A stretch of DNA of 64,000 nt from Patescibacteria group bacterium (GTDB lineage Bacteria; Patescibacteriota; Microgenomatia; UBA1400; PJMF01), in the NCBI GenBank assembly GCA_045541795.1, contig JAZQJV010000018.1, positions 37,857 through 101,856 of the forward strand. Direction: 5' to 3'. Positions 1 to 7,911 of the stretch are shown piece by piece. The notes beneath the pieces were generated by a model. The model was not told the origin of the DNA. It did not search any database and was given only the letters and a program-made list of their open reading frames with translations. The first letter of the stretch is position 1. Each line of letters starts with the position of its first letter. The translations under genes were made by a program, and so were the position numbers.

Positions 1-1012
1 TACTGATGATTACTTGATCGCTTACGAACTGCTCAAAATGTACGAGCCAGAATTTACCAATTACGAGCGCACTTTTGATCTGGCCGCCATCCAACAAATG
101 TATGCTGATAAGCAGTCTATTGACGATGATCTGACCAGCCACATCGGCCGTCAATTTTTGCGCATCTCCAATAAATACGATGCCGTTTACCGCATGATCG
201 GCGAAATCACCAAGTCACTCAACATGAAAGCTGTGAGCGAAGGAGAAGAATTTTTTGGTGACGAGGGGAAAGTCCACGCCCGTTACCAGGAAATTTACGC
301 TGCTAAGTATAAAAGTCTCAAAAGCCGCCTGCTCAAAACCGCTTTCTGGACGACGCTTTCGGTGATTATTGCCAATCTCGCCAGCGTCATCATCATTGAG
401 TGGCCGGTAGCGGAATTTTTGGGGCTCGGTTTTGGTCCCGCGGCGATTGCTTTTGATATTTTCATCCCGTGTGTGGCGATGTTTATTTTGGTGATGCTCA
501 TCCGCCCGCCCAAAAAAGAAAACGAAGCTGTCGCCTGGAATGAAATCCGCAAAATCATCACAGCCGAGGGTCAGCAAGATACTTACGAGATCCGCCGACG
601 CCAGCGCGGGCCCAATCGCTTGGTGCAGGCATTTTTTTACGGGACTACGCTTCTGGCCGGAGGCGTGGGGCTGTGGGCACTAGGGATGATGTTTACGCTG
701 GCTGGGCTACCACCGACCTCAGTGTACCTCAATGTTGTCTACATCACGATGGTGCTTTTTGCCTCACTCAATATCCGCGCCAAAGCCCAAGAACTGACGG
801 TGTTTGAAAAAAGTTCTTTATTTGACTTTGTACTGGATATTTTTTCCATCCCGCTGGCGCGGATCGGCCAGTGGTTTTCCAAAAAGTGGAAAGAATACAA
901 TATTTTTTCCATTCTTTTTTCACTCATTATTGACTCGCCACTTTCAAGTTTTATTGGTTTTATCGAGGATTGGCGTAACTTCCTCAAAGAAAATAAATCG
1001 GAAATCCGCTAA
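1..1012 (+). CDS. Multi-pass membrane protein of unknown function, 5'-truncated by the window edge (reading frame is open to position 2). Its stop overlaps the uvrA-like start as ATGA.
   Basis: The ORF-track frame has no upstream stop before the window edge. About 6 hydrophobic helices are visible in the translation. The stop/start overlap with the next gene is at 1012. Confidence 0.5.
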   Translation, partial: TDDYLIAYELLKMYEPEFTNYERTFDLAAIQQMYADKQSIDDDLTSHIGRQFLRISNKYDAVYRMIGEITKSLNMKAVSEGEEFFGDEGKVHARYQEIYAAKYKSLKSRLLKTAFWTTLSVIIANLASVIIIEWPVAEFLGLGFGPAAIAFDIFIPCVAMFILVMLIRPPKKENEAVAWNEIRKIITAEGQQDTYEIRRRQRGPNRLVQAFFYGTTLLAGGVGLWALGMMFTLAGLPPTSVYLNVVYITMVLFASLNIRAKAQELTVFEKSSLFDFVLDIFSIPLARIGQWFSKKWKEYNIFSILFSLIIDSPLSSFIGFIEDWRNFLKENKSEIR

Positions 1013-3507
1013 TGACTAGTCAGACACCTGTGCAAATTGAAATCCGTGGCGCTCGTGTGCACAACCTACAAAATATCGACGTCGACGTCCCGCTACATCA
1101 AATTGTCGGCATTGCTGGAGTTTCTGGCTCCGGCAAATCGTCACTTGCTCTGGGAGTGCTGTATGCTGAAGGCTCACGGCGTTATCTCGAATCTCTTTCG
1201 ACTTTTACTAGGCGCCGGATGACGGGTGCGGCCGGTGCTGATGTGGATAGCGTTAAATATGTACCCGCGGCATTAGCACTCCATCAGCGCCCCGGTGTGC
1301 CTGGCATCAGAAGTACTTTTGGTACCATGACAGAACTACTCAATAGTTTACGCTTGATGTTTTCTCGTCTGAGCGTATATAAGTGCCCGCATGGTCATGA
1401 CGTCCCGCCCTCGCTCAGCGTTGCCGCAGAAGTAGATTTTTATTGCCCGACTTGCGGCGAGCAAGTCACGCCTATCGGCGCCGAGGAACTTGCTTTTAAT
1501 AGCGGCGGTGCGTGTACGCATTGTGGCGGCACGGGCACTATCCGCACTGTTGACCGCGCCACTCTCATCCCTGATGAAAGTCTGACGATAGACCAGGGCG
1601 CTGTCGCTCCCTGGAATAGTTTGATGTGGTCACTCATGACCGATGTTTGTCGAGCGATGGGCGTGCGTACTGATGTACCTTTTAAAGATCTCACCGATCA
1701 AGAAAAAGAAATCGTCTATGACGGCCCAATGGTCAAAAAGCACATTTTTTATCGGCCCAAAAATGAAGACAGCGTTACTGCCGCCGAAATGGATTTCACT
1801 TATTACTCTGCCACGGCCACAGTCCTTAATGCTCTCAAAAAAGTCAAAGACGAAAAAGGCATGGCGCGCGTCGAAAAATTTTTGCGAGAAGATACTTGTC
1901 CTCATTGCCACGGCACGAGACTTAATGAGCGCGCCCGCTCGCTGAAGTTGTGTGGTATCAGCCTGGATCAAGTCTGTACTTACACGCTCGCGCAGGCAAT
2001 TGATTGGGTCCGTCAGATGCCAGGGACACTGCCGGCACCAATGCAGCCGATGGCTAGGGACATTGCAGATGCTTTTTTGCACACGGCCAAAAGGCTTACT
2101 GACTTGGGACTGTCTTACCTCACGCTCGACCGCCAGGCTGCCACTCTTTCTACCGGCGAGCGTCAGCGCACTCAGCTCGCCCGTAGCGTGCGCAACCGCA
2201 CCACCGGTGTGCTTTATGTACTCGACGAGCCATCTATCGGCCTGCATCCTTCCAACCTTGAGGGTCTCACAGGGGTAATGGACGATTTAGTGGCAGACGG
2301 CAACTCTGTCGTCTTGGTGGATCATGACACTCAAGTCCTTGCCCATGCTGACTGGCTGATCGAACTCGGGCCGGAAGCTGGCGCTGAAGGCGGCACCATT
2401 ATTGCCACCGGCAGCCCGGCTGCTCTTGCCAGCGATCCTCACTCCCGCATCGGCCAATTCCTCACTCCAGACCAGCCGCATGTACTTAGAGCACGCACAC
2501 CACAGTCGGCTCTTTTTGCTGTTGGCCGCATTACTATTGCTACTGATAATATTCACACTGTTGCTCCGCTAGAGGTCAGCTTTCCCAAAGGCCGACTCAC
2601 CGTCGTCACTGGCGTTTCTGGCTCTGGCAAGACCACTCTCATCCTCGAAAGTCTCATTCCCGGCTTGCGCTCATATATTGAAAACACTACACTTCCTGCG
2701 CACGTCAAATCCATCCATGCGGACGGCATCACTCAAGTCAAACTCATCGACGCTACGCCGATCGGCATTAATATCCGCTCTACAGTGGCCACTTATGCCG
2801 GCATCCATGACGAGCTGCGCAAAGTTTTCGCCCGAGTGCCGACGGCAAAAGAGGCTGGTTATAAAGCCGGCGACTTTTCTTACAATACCGGTAAACTGCG
2901 CTGTGCCACGTGTGACGGCACTGGTTCCATCAGCCTTGACGTCCAATTTTTACCCGACGTAGAAATTGAGTGTCCTACCTGCCACGGTACGCGTTACAGC
3001 CGCGAGGCCTCCAACGTCTACCGACAAAATCAAGACAGTACCAAAATCTCTTTGCCTCAGTTGATGGCCATGAGTGTGGACGAAGCACTTCAAATCACTG
3101 GCGACCTCAAAAGCGTCCACGCTCGGCTGCAAGTTTTGCATGACTTAGGCTTGGGTTATCTCACCCTGGGCGAACAGACTCCCAGCCTTTCCGGCGGTGA
3201 AGCCCAACGTCTCAAGCTCGCCAGCGAAATGGGCAAAGGCCAAGCGGACACAGTTTTTGTTTTTGATGAACCCACGATCGGTCTTCATCCTCTGGATGTG
3301 CGCACTCTCATGAATGTTTTCCAACACTTGTTGGATCTAGGCGCCAGTGTCATTGTCATCGAACATGATCTTGACGTGATGAGGAATGCAGATTACATTG
3401 TTGACATGGGACCTGGCGGCGGCGAGGCTGGCGGGCGAGTGGTGGCCTGTGGCACTCCGGATGACATCCGTGCCTGCAAGCACAGTGTCACCGGGCGTTA
3501 TTTGTAA
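1012..3507 (+). CDS. UvrA-family ABC ATPase, class II (UvrA2-like), lacking the UvrB-binding domain
   Basis: The N-terminus reads IRGARVHNLQNIDVDVPL..GVSGSGKSSLA..LYAEGSRRYLESLS, matching UvrA. Cys-rich zinc modules (CPHGHD..CPTCGEQ, CTHCGGTG, CATCDGTG, CPTCHGTRY) and two ABC signature/Walker B regions (LSTGERQR..VLDEPSIGLH and [18 protein letters not shown]) are present. At 831 aa it is shorter than canonical UvrA (~940 aa). The segment corresponding to E. coli residues ~130-250 is absent. Confidence 0.85.
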   Translation: MTSQTPVQIEIRGARVHNLQNIDVDVPLHQIVGIAGVSGSGKSSLALGVLYAEGSRRYLESLSTFTRRRMTGAAGADVDSVKYVPAALALHQRPGVPGIRSTFGTMTELLNSLRLMFSRLSVYKCPHGHDVPPSLSVAAEVDFYCPTCGEQVTPIGAEELAFNSGGACTHCGGTGTIRTVDRATLIPDESLTIDQGAVAPWNSLMWSLMTDVCRAMGVRTDVPFKDLTDQEKEIVYDGPMVKKHIFYRPKNEDSVTAAEMDFTYYSATATVLNALKKVKDEKGMARVEKFLREDTCPHCHGTRLNERARSLKLCGISLDQVCTYTLAQAIDWVRQMPGTLPAPMQPMARDIADAFLHTAKRLTDLGLSYLTLDRQAATLSTGERQRTQLARSVRNRTTGVLYVLDEPSIGLHPSNLEGLTGVMDDLVADGNSVVLVDHDTQVLAHADWLIELGPEAGAEGGTIIATGSPAALASDPHSRIGQFLTPDQPHVLRARTPQSALFAVGRITIATDNIHTVAPLEVSFPKGRLTVVTGVSGSGKTTLILESLIPGLRSYIENTTLPAHVKSIHADGITQVKLIDATPIGINIRSTVATYAGIHDELRKVFARVPTAKEAGYKAGDFSYNTGKLRCATCDGTGSISLDVQFLPDVEIECPTCHGTRYSREASNVYRQNQDSTKISLPQLMAMSVDEALQITGDLKSVHARLQVLHDLGLGYLTLGEQTPSLSGGEAQRLKLASEMGKGQADTVFVFDEPTIGLHPLDVRTLMNVFQHLLDLGASVIVIEHDLDVMRNADYIVDMGPGGGEAGGRVVACGTPDDIRACKHSVTGRYL

Positions 3508-3525
3508 TCGGCTAGTTGTAAGGGG

Positions 3526-3852
3526 ATGATGAGCCAGGCTCAAGCGGAGTCTTACGCGCGTGACCTGCGTGAACTTACCCAAACTGATCCTGATCTTACG
3601 GCACGCATTGACCGCCAGTATCAGCGAGCGTTGGAACTTTCTCATGAATCCGCTGGCGCTGATATGCAGACTTCATTCGCGCAGGCAAACGTTACTGAAG
3701 GCGATCCGCTAGTAGTGTACATGCAAAAGCAACTCGCCGGCGTAGACATGAATGAACAAGTGGATGCGATCCGCACTTTTTTGGATGGAGAACGTTTACG
3801 TAGCGAGCGGGATCAGTTGAATACGCAAATTGAGAATGCCGAACAAAAATAA
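3526..3852 (+). CDS. Hypothetical small acidic protein
   Basis: An intact ORF sitting between uvrA-like and the terminator/repeat cluster. No recognisable motif. Confidence 0.35.
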   Translation: MMSQAQAESYARDLRELTQTDPDLTARIDRQYQRALELSHESAGADMQTSFAQANVTEGDPLVVYMQKQLAGVDMNEQVDAIRTFLDGERLRSERDQLNTQIENAEQK

Positions 3853-3905
3853 TTGAGTATTTATTGTGTACAATAAATAAATTAATATTGATACATAAAG
3901 ATTTT

Positions 3906-3950
3906 TAAAAGTAGTTAAAAACGTTAGCAGACAAGAGGCGCGACTGCTAA
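3906..3950 (-). terminator. Hairpin gttagcag-N13-ctgctaa preceded by an A-run on the plus strand (a U-run on the minus-strand RNA). Candidate intrinsic terminator for the minus-strand gene 4102..5217, and module C of the intergenic repeat family.
   Basis: The inverted repeat is seen directly. The same conserved stem with different loops occurs at ~25521-25560 and ~60953-60980. Confidence 0.45.
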
Positions 3951-4033
3951 AAATTAGTCACTTATTTTTTAGGGAGTGTTTCGGGATTTTTGGGCTGCGC
4001 CCAAAAATCCCGAAACACAAAAACTCCCACAAC

Positions 4034-4065
4034 CAAAAAAATCTGCGCTCCCTTTGGGAGCGCAG
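4034..4065 (-). terminator. Rho-independent terminator (stem ctgcgctccc/gggagcgcag with a T-run on the minus strand) for the glycine-rich protein gene
   Basis: A 10-bp GC-rich stem with a 3-nt loop, followed on the minus strand by ATTTTTTT. It lies about 40 nt past the stop of 4102..5217. Confidence 0.6.
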
Positions 4066-4101
4066 TGCATCTAAAGGTAGAAAGAGAAAGTAAGTGACGA
4101 A

Positions 4102-5217
4102 TTAATTAAGGCGCGTGATCCTGGCATAGCCGTTTCCCGTTTTGCTGCAATCGGCGGTTGCTGTCGCACTTACACAAGTATTCGACTGCGTACGGGTAGC
4201 GTCAACGGTAGAAGTCGCACAGTTGTAGCACGTCATGTGTTTGGTGATGCCGTTTGCGGAAATGAGGTTGGATGAACCAATGTAACCGGAGCCGCCAGAA
4301 CCAGACGAAAATATTGCGCCACTTCCACCATAGTATCCTGCTCCTCCACCACTATTTGTTTCGCCAGTTGAGACGTGAGAATCACCGCCACGTCCAAAGT
4401 CACCACAGGCATTATTGCCGTTAGAACATCCACCATTTGTTTGCGTACCAGGATATGACTTTCTTCCTGAATAAGTCCACCCAGAACATAAACTTGTCCC
4501 TTCTGCACCAGAGTAACCTCCTCCATTACCACCGATTCCGCAATTGGCATAATTAGTATAATTAGCACCGCCGCCAGCACCAGCAACAATTATTATTGCT
4601 GCTTGATTGGTTTTAAATGTTTGCAGCAAGCCAGTACTTGTTGTGATACTGGTGGCACCGCCGCCGCCAGCTACTGAAGTTGTACTTTCGTACATATAGA
4701 CATGATATCCAAAACCACCACCATTATACCCTCCGTTTGTGTAACCCGTAGCGCTGTAAAGCGACTGACCTTTGCCACCAACATTGATAAATAATGAAGT
4801 ATCTAGTGATGACATAATACTGCCAACTGCATAACCGCCATAACCTCCGGCTCGACTAGTAGCATCTCCTCCCTGCGCTCCCCACACCTCCAACTTGTAA
4901 CTCCTCCCGGCACACGCCGTAAATGTCTGCTCACCGCCGGTATAGTCAAAATTCTTACTTCCGCCCACACTCAGCCCGTCATCACAAGTACTGGCCGGCT
5001 CTGTCGCCATCCATCGTCCGCCGCCAATCGCCACAAACTTACTCCCACCAATCCTGATCGTGCTGCCGGCGGCAATATCACGCACCTTCATCGTGGTAAT
5101 GCTAGCGCTCGCCGCCCACACTTTACCGTTTCGTGCGGGCAATTCATCGCTCCATCGTGCCGCTAGTGCCAGTATCATTGTCGCCGCCAAAATCCCCCGC
5201 CACGCTGCATACCGCAT
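4102..5217 (-). CDS. Secreted glycine-rich repeat protein of unknown function (about 372 aa from Met at 5217). It has an N-terminal signal/TM segment and long G/S/T/N/Y-rich tracts.
   Basis: The translation begins MRYAAWRGILAATMILALAARW, which is signal-like. GGxGG / GGYGGY / AGAGGG tracts run throughout. Cysteines cluster near the C-terminus. Confidence 0.6.
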   Translation of the reverse strand: MRYAAWRGILAATMILALAARWSDELPARNGKVWAASASITTMKVRDIAAGSTIRIGGSKFVAIGGGRWMATEPASTCDDGLSVGGSKNFDYTGGEQTFTACAGRSYKLEVWGAQGGDATSRAGGYGGYAVGSIMSSLDTSLFINVGGKGQSLYSATGYTNGGYNGGGFGYHVYMYESTTSVAGGGGATSITTSTGLLQTFKTNQAAIIIVAGAGGGANYTNYANCGIGGNGGGYSGAEGTSLCSGWTYSGRKSYPGTQTNGGCSNGNNACGDFGRGGDSHVSTGETNSGGGAGYYGGSGAIFSSGSGGSGYIGSSNLISANGITKHMTCYNCATSTVDATRTQSNTCVSATATADCSKTGNGYARITRLN

Positions 5218-5545
5218 GCCGTTCCTTTCGTCTATTTCATTTCCAGGCGGGACACTTCTTCGTCCAGAAAAATGCACACGAGCGCTTCCCATCCACAGTC
5301 AGCACAGCAGCGATCTTGGTGAGACTCATAGCTTTCGCTCGAACGTCTACTCCAGAAGCTCCTTACTCATGTGCATTTTTCTCCGTTCGAACTCCACTAA
5401 CAATTTCTTGCTTTGAAACGTTTGGAGTTACTCAACTATCACAAATTCGTCTTTTCCTTTCATCTCACTACTTGCTACTGTGGATGTATTTATTTGTATT
5501 TTAACTTGTCACCGCTTATTTGTCAATAGTCAGTTTTGACGGGTT

Positions 5546-5589
5546 TTTACATCTTGACGGCCTCGGTTTGATGTGTTATAATATAGTAT
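5546..5589 (+). promoter_or_regulatory. Sigma70-type promoter with TTGACG at -35, a 17-nt spacer and an extended -10 TGTGTTATAAT, with the ATG 7 nt downstream (leaderless start of the ATPase gene)
   Basis: The sequence ttgacggcctcggtttgatgtgttataatatagtatATG is read directly. Confidence 0.55.
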
Positions 5590-7011
5590 ATGAAGATCAG
5601 GGACATCAGCGTGAGCGGCCACCCGTTTTTTGGGGAGCTCACTTTTGATGCCCTCCTCCCAGACGGCACACCGGCCAGCACCATCGTCATCGCCGGCGAA
5701 AATGGTACCGGCAAGACTAAGTTTCTCGAGCTGCTTTATGATTTTTCTCGTCTCCAGCCTACAGCAACAGGCTCTGGTTACTGTCAGCTGACATTTGATT
5801 TTGACGTGGAGCAGCTGCAAGCACTTCAAGCTGAGCCAACGCTTTCATCCATCCTCACCGAGGCTACCAATACTTGGCGCATTAAAGTCGATCACTCACT
5901 ACCGGCCACTCAAGGCATTACTATTTTTTGCCAAGATGAAAGCGGCTGGAAACAGTTGGATGCGGCTCTACTCTTGGCTGATCCAGTATTCCGCGCCAGC
6001 GTCAAGGCGCTTTATTCTACTGTGGAAATAAATTACATTCCCACCGCCAGTACTTTCATCACTAATAATAGTATGGAGGATACCGCGCGCGAGAGTATCC
6101 GCTCTGGTCAAGATCTTGCCACCAAAATCCAGCAACTCCTGATTGACATGCAAAGTCGTGACGCCAATGATCTCAACGACTGGACACTAGCGCATCCAGG
6201 ACAAGTGCCGCCCGCATCCGTGCAAGGCCAGCGCATCAAACAGTTCCAAAATGCCTTTAGTGTCATGTTTGGTGACGAACTCAATTACTACGGGGTGAAG
6301 TCTGCTGGTGAGCGCAAACAGGTTTTATTCCGTAAACGTGGCCAACTGGTAGATCTGGCTGATCTTAGTTCTGGCGAAAAGCAAATTGTTTTCCGCGGGG
6401 CATTTTTACTGCAAAACCGCTCCAGCATGTGCGGTAATACTATCCTGATCGATGAACCAGAACTCAGCCTCCATCCGCTCTGGCGCACTGGGATTTTACA
6501 TTACTACCAATCACTATTTAGTGATGGTACCACTATCCGCGGTCAGCTGTTTGTCACTACTCACTCGCCACGGGTGGTAGAAAGCTGCTTCCATCAGCCC
6601 CAAAGTCTTTTGTGGATTTTGCGCCAGGAAAATGGCAAAATCAGCGTCCACAAAATCGGCACCACTCGTGCTCTGCCTAGCGTCACGATTGCCGAGACCA
6701 ATTACTTAGCTTTTGGCTTGGCGAGCATTGACTATCACGTGGGGCTGTACAGTTATCTGCAATCCCTGCTTCACAGTCCCAGCATTATCAAACTTGACCA
6801 CTTCATCCGTCATCACGCCGCTTTTAATCCCAGCCGCCACGAGCTTACTGATCAGTTTGCTGACGCCACTTATTTTACCCTACCTACCTATATCCGCAAT
6901 GCTATCAATCATCCTGAGTCCGGCCGTGAATTTACGCCCACTCAGCTGCGTGTCTCTATCGATTTGCTCCGTCAGATTTGTCAGTCAGAAAATAATAAAT
7001 GTAAAGGTTAG
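5590..7011 (+). CDS. ABC/AAA_21-type ATPase (SMC/OLD-like ATPase fold) with an uncharacterised ~120-aa C-terminal domain
   Basis: Walker A GENGTGKT, signature-like LSSGEKQ, Walker B ILIDEPELSLHP and an H-loop TTHSP are present. No Toprim or nuclease motif is recognisable in the C-terminal region. The stop at 7009-7011 lies 1 nt before the ispH ATG. Confidence 0.6.
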   Translation: MKIRDISVSGHPFFGELTFDALLPDGTPASTIVIAGENGTGKTKFLELLYDFSRLQPTATGSGYCQLTFDFDVEQLQALQAEPTLSSILTEATNTWRIKVDHSLPATQGITIFCQDESGWKQLDAALLLADPVFRASVKALYSTVEINYIPTASTFITNNSMEDTARESIRSGQDLATKIQQLLIDMQSRDANDLNDWTLAHPGQVPPASVQGQRIKQFQNAFSVMFGDELNYYGVKSAGERKQVLFRKRGQLVDLADLSSGEKQIVFRGAFLLQNRSSMCGNTILIDEPELSLHPLWRTGILHYYQSLFSDGTTIRGQLFVTTHSPRVVESCFHQPQSLLWILRQENGKISVHKIGTTRALPSVTIAETNYLAFGLASIDYHVGLYSYLQSLLHSPSIIKLDHFIRHHAAFNPSRHELTDQFADATYFTLPTYIRNAINHPESGREFTPTQLRVSIDLLRQICQSENNKCKG

Positions 7012-7012
7012 C

Positions 7013-7882
7013 ATGCAAGTTTTTTTAGCCAAGGTAAGCGGTTTTTGTGGTGACGGTGGCAAGTTTGGCGTCAGCGGTGCTATCCGTTTGGCCCAGGAAG
7101 CGGCTTTGGGCAATCCGGGGCAAGTTTACATCGTCGGCGATCTCGTCCACAATACTCATGTTACCGATTGGCTCGAGCAGTCTTACGGTATTCATTTCGT
7201 CAAAAATTTAGACGCAGTCCCGGATAAAGCCACCATCGTCATCAAAGCTCACGGCGCACCGCCAGATTTTTGTGATACTTGCATCAGCAAAAATCTTCAC
7301 ATCGTGGATGCCACCTGTCCGATGGTCAAGGCCGCCCAAAAAATGCTCAAAAAATACGTGGACGAAGGCAAGCAGGTCATTTACGTCGCCTCTAAACCTG
7401 ATCATGACGAAGCGGTGAGTGTAAGTCGCCAAGTGGATCACGGCGTCCAAGTGGTGACGCTGCCGGAGCTAGAAAATCTCACCATCAAAAATCCTCTCGC
7501 GACCGTCGTCATGACTCAGACCACTTTATCGATTTTAGAAACAAAGCGCCAGTTTGCCGCCTTGCAAAAAAAGTATCCCGACCTCACTATCCAGCCACAT
7601 TTATGTCGGGCGACGACTGACCGGCAGCAAGCAGTTTTGGAATTGGCCGCTAGTGTTGATGTGCTCATCGTCGTCGGTGCGCCGCACTCAAGTAATTCGC
7701 GCCGCCTGCTTGAAGTGGCCAGTACTAGTGGTAAACCAGCTTACAGTGTCGATGAAGCCGCCGACTTAGACGAGCACTGGTTTGATGCCAGCATTAGTAA
7801 AGTCGGCGTCATTGCCGGCGCCAGCACTCCGGCATGGATCACGACTAGCGTAGTAGAAAAAATTAAAAAAATCAAAAATTAA
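7013..7882 (+). CDS. ispH: 4-hydroxy-3-methylbut-2-enyl diphosphate reductase (IspH/LytB)
   Basis: The translation from the in-frame ATG at 7013 (MQVFLAKVSGFCGDGG..HNTHV..ATCPMV..GASTPAWI) matches the LytB family. The longer ORF-track call 6713..7882 overlaps the preceding gene and is rejected. Confidence 0.8.
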   Translation: MQVFLAKVSGFCGDGGKFGVSGAIRLAQEAALGNPGQVYIVGDLVHNTHVTDWLEQSYGIHFVKNLDAVPDKATIVIKAHGAPPDFCDTCISKNLHIVDATCPMVKAAQKMLKKYVDEGKQVIYVASKPDHDEAVSVSRQVDHGVQVVTLPELENLTIKNPLATVVMTQTTLSILETKRQFAALQKKYPDLTIQPHLCRATTDRQQAVLELAASVDVLIVVGAPHSSNSRRLLEVASTSGKPAYSVDEAADLDEHWFDASISKVGVIAGASTPAWITTSVVEKIKKIKN

Positions 7883-7911
7883 AAAAATTGAGTATTTTTT
7901 GTGTACAATAA

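Noticed and set aside
1630-2247. 205-aa minus-strand ORF, along with many other 60-200-aa antisense or alternate-frame ORFs (for example 215-577, 4233-4589, 17480-18163, 22359-22871, 26047-26430, 28525-29013, 34643-35023 and 36022-36354)
   Set aside because: All lie entirely inside well-supported, homologous genes on the other strand or frame. They are compositional shadow ORFs in approximately 50% GC DNA.
3859-3878. The palindrome ATTTATTGTGTACAATAAAT as a classical rho-independent terminator
   Set aside because: The stem is purely A/T-rich plus GTAC and lacks a 3' U-tract. The separate GC-containing hairpins nearby are better terminator candidates. It is retained as a repeat or regulatory element.
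5590-7011. Calling the ABC-type ATPase a specific named defence system (OLD, Gabija, PARIS or Septu)
   Set aside because: No Toprim, nuclease or partner gene is recognisable, and the gene is fused in an operon with ispH. It is kept only as an ATPase of unknown role.
6713-7882. The ORF-track call of a 389-aa protein beginning at 6713
   Set aside because: The first ~100 codons overlap the 3' end of the ATPase gene in another frame. The LytB/IspH homology begins at the in-frame ATG at 7013, so ispH is called 7013..7882.
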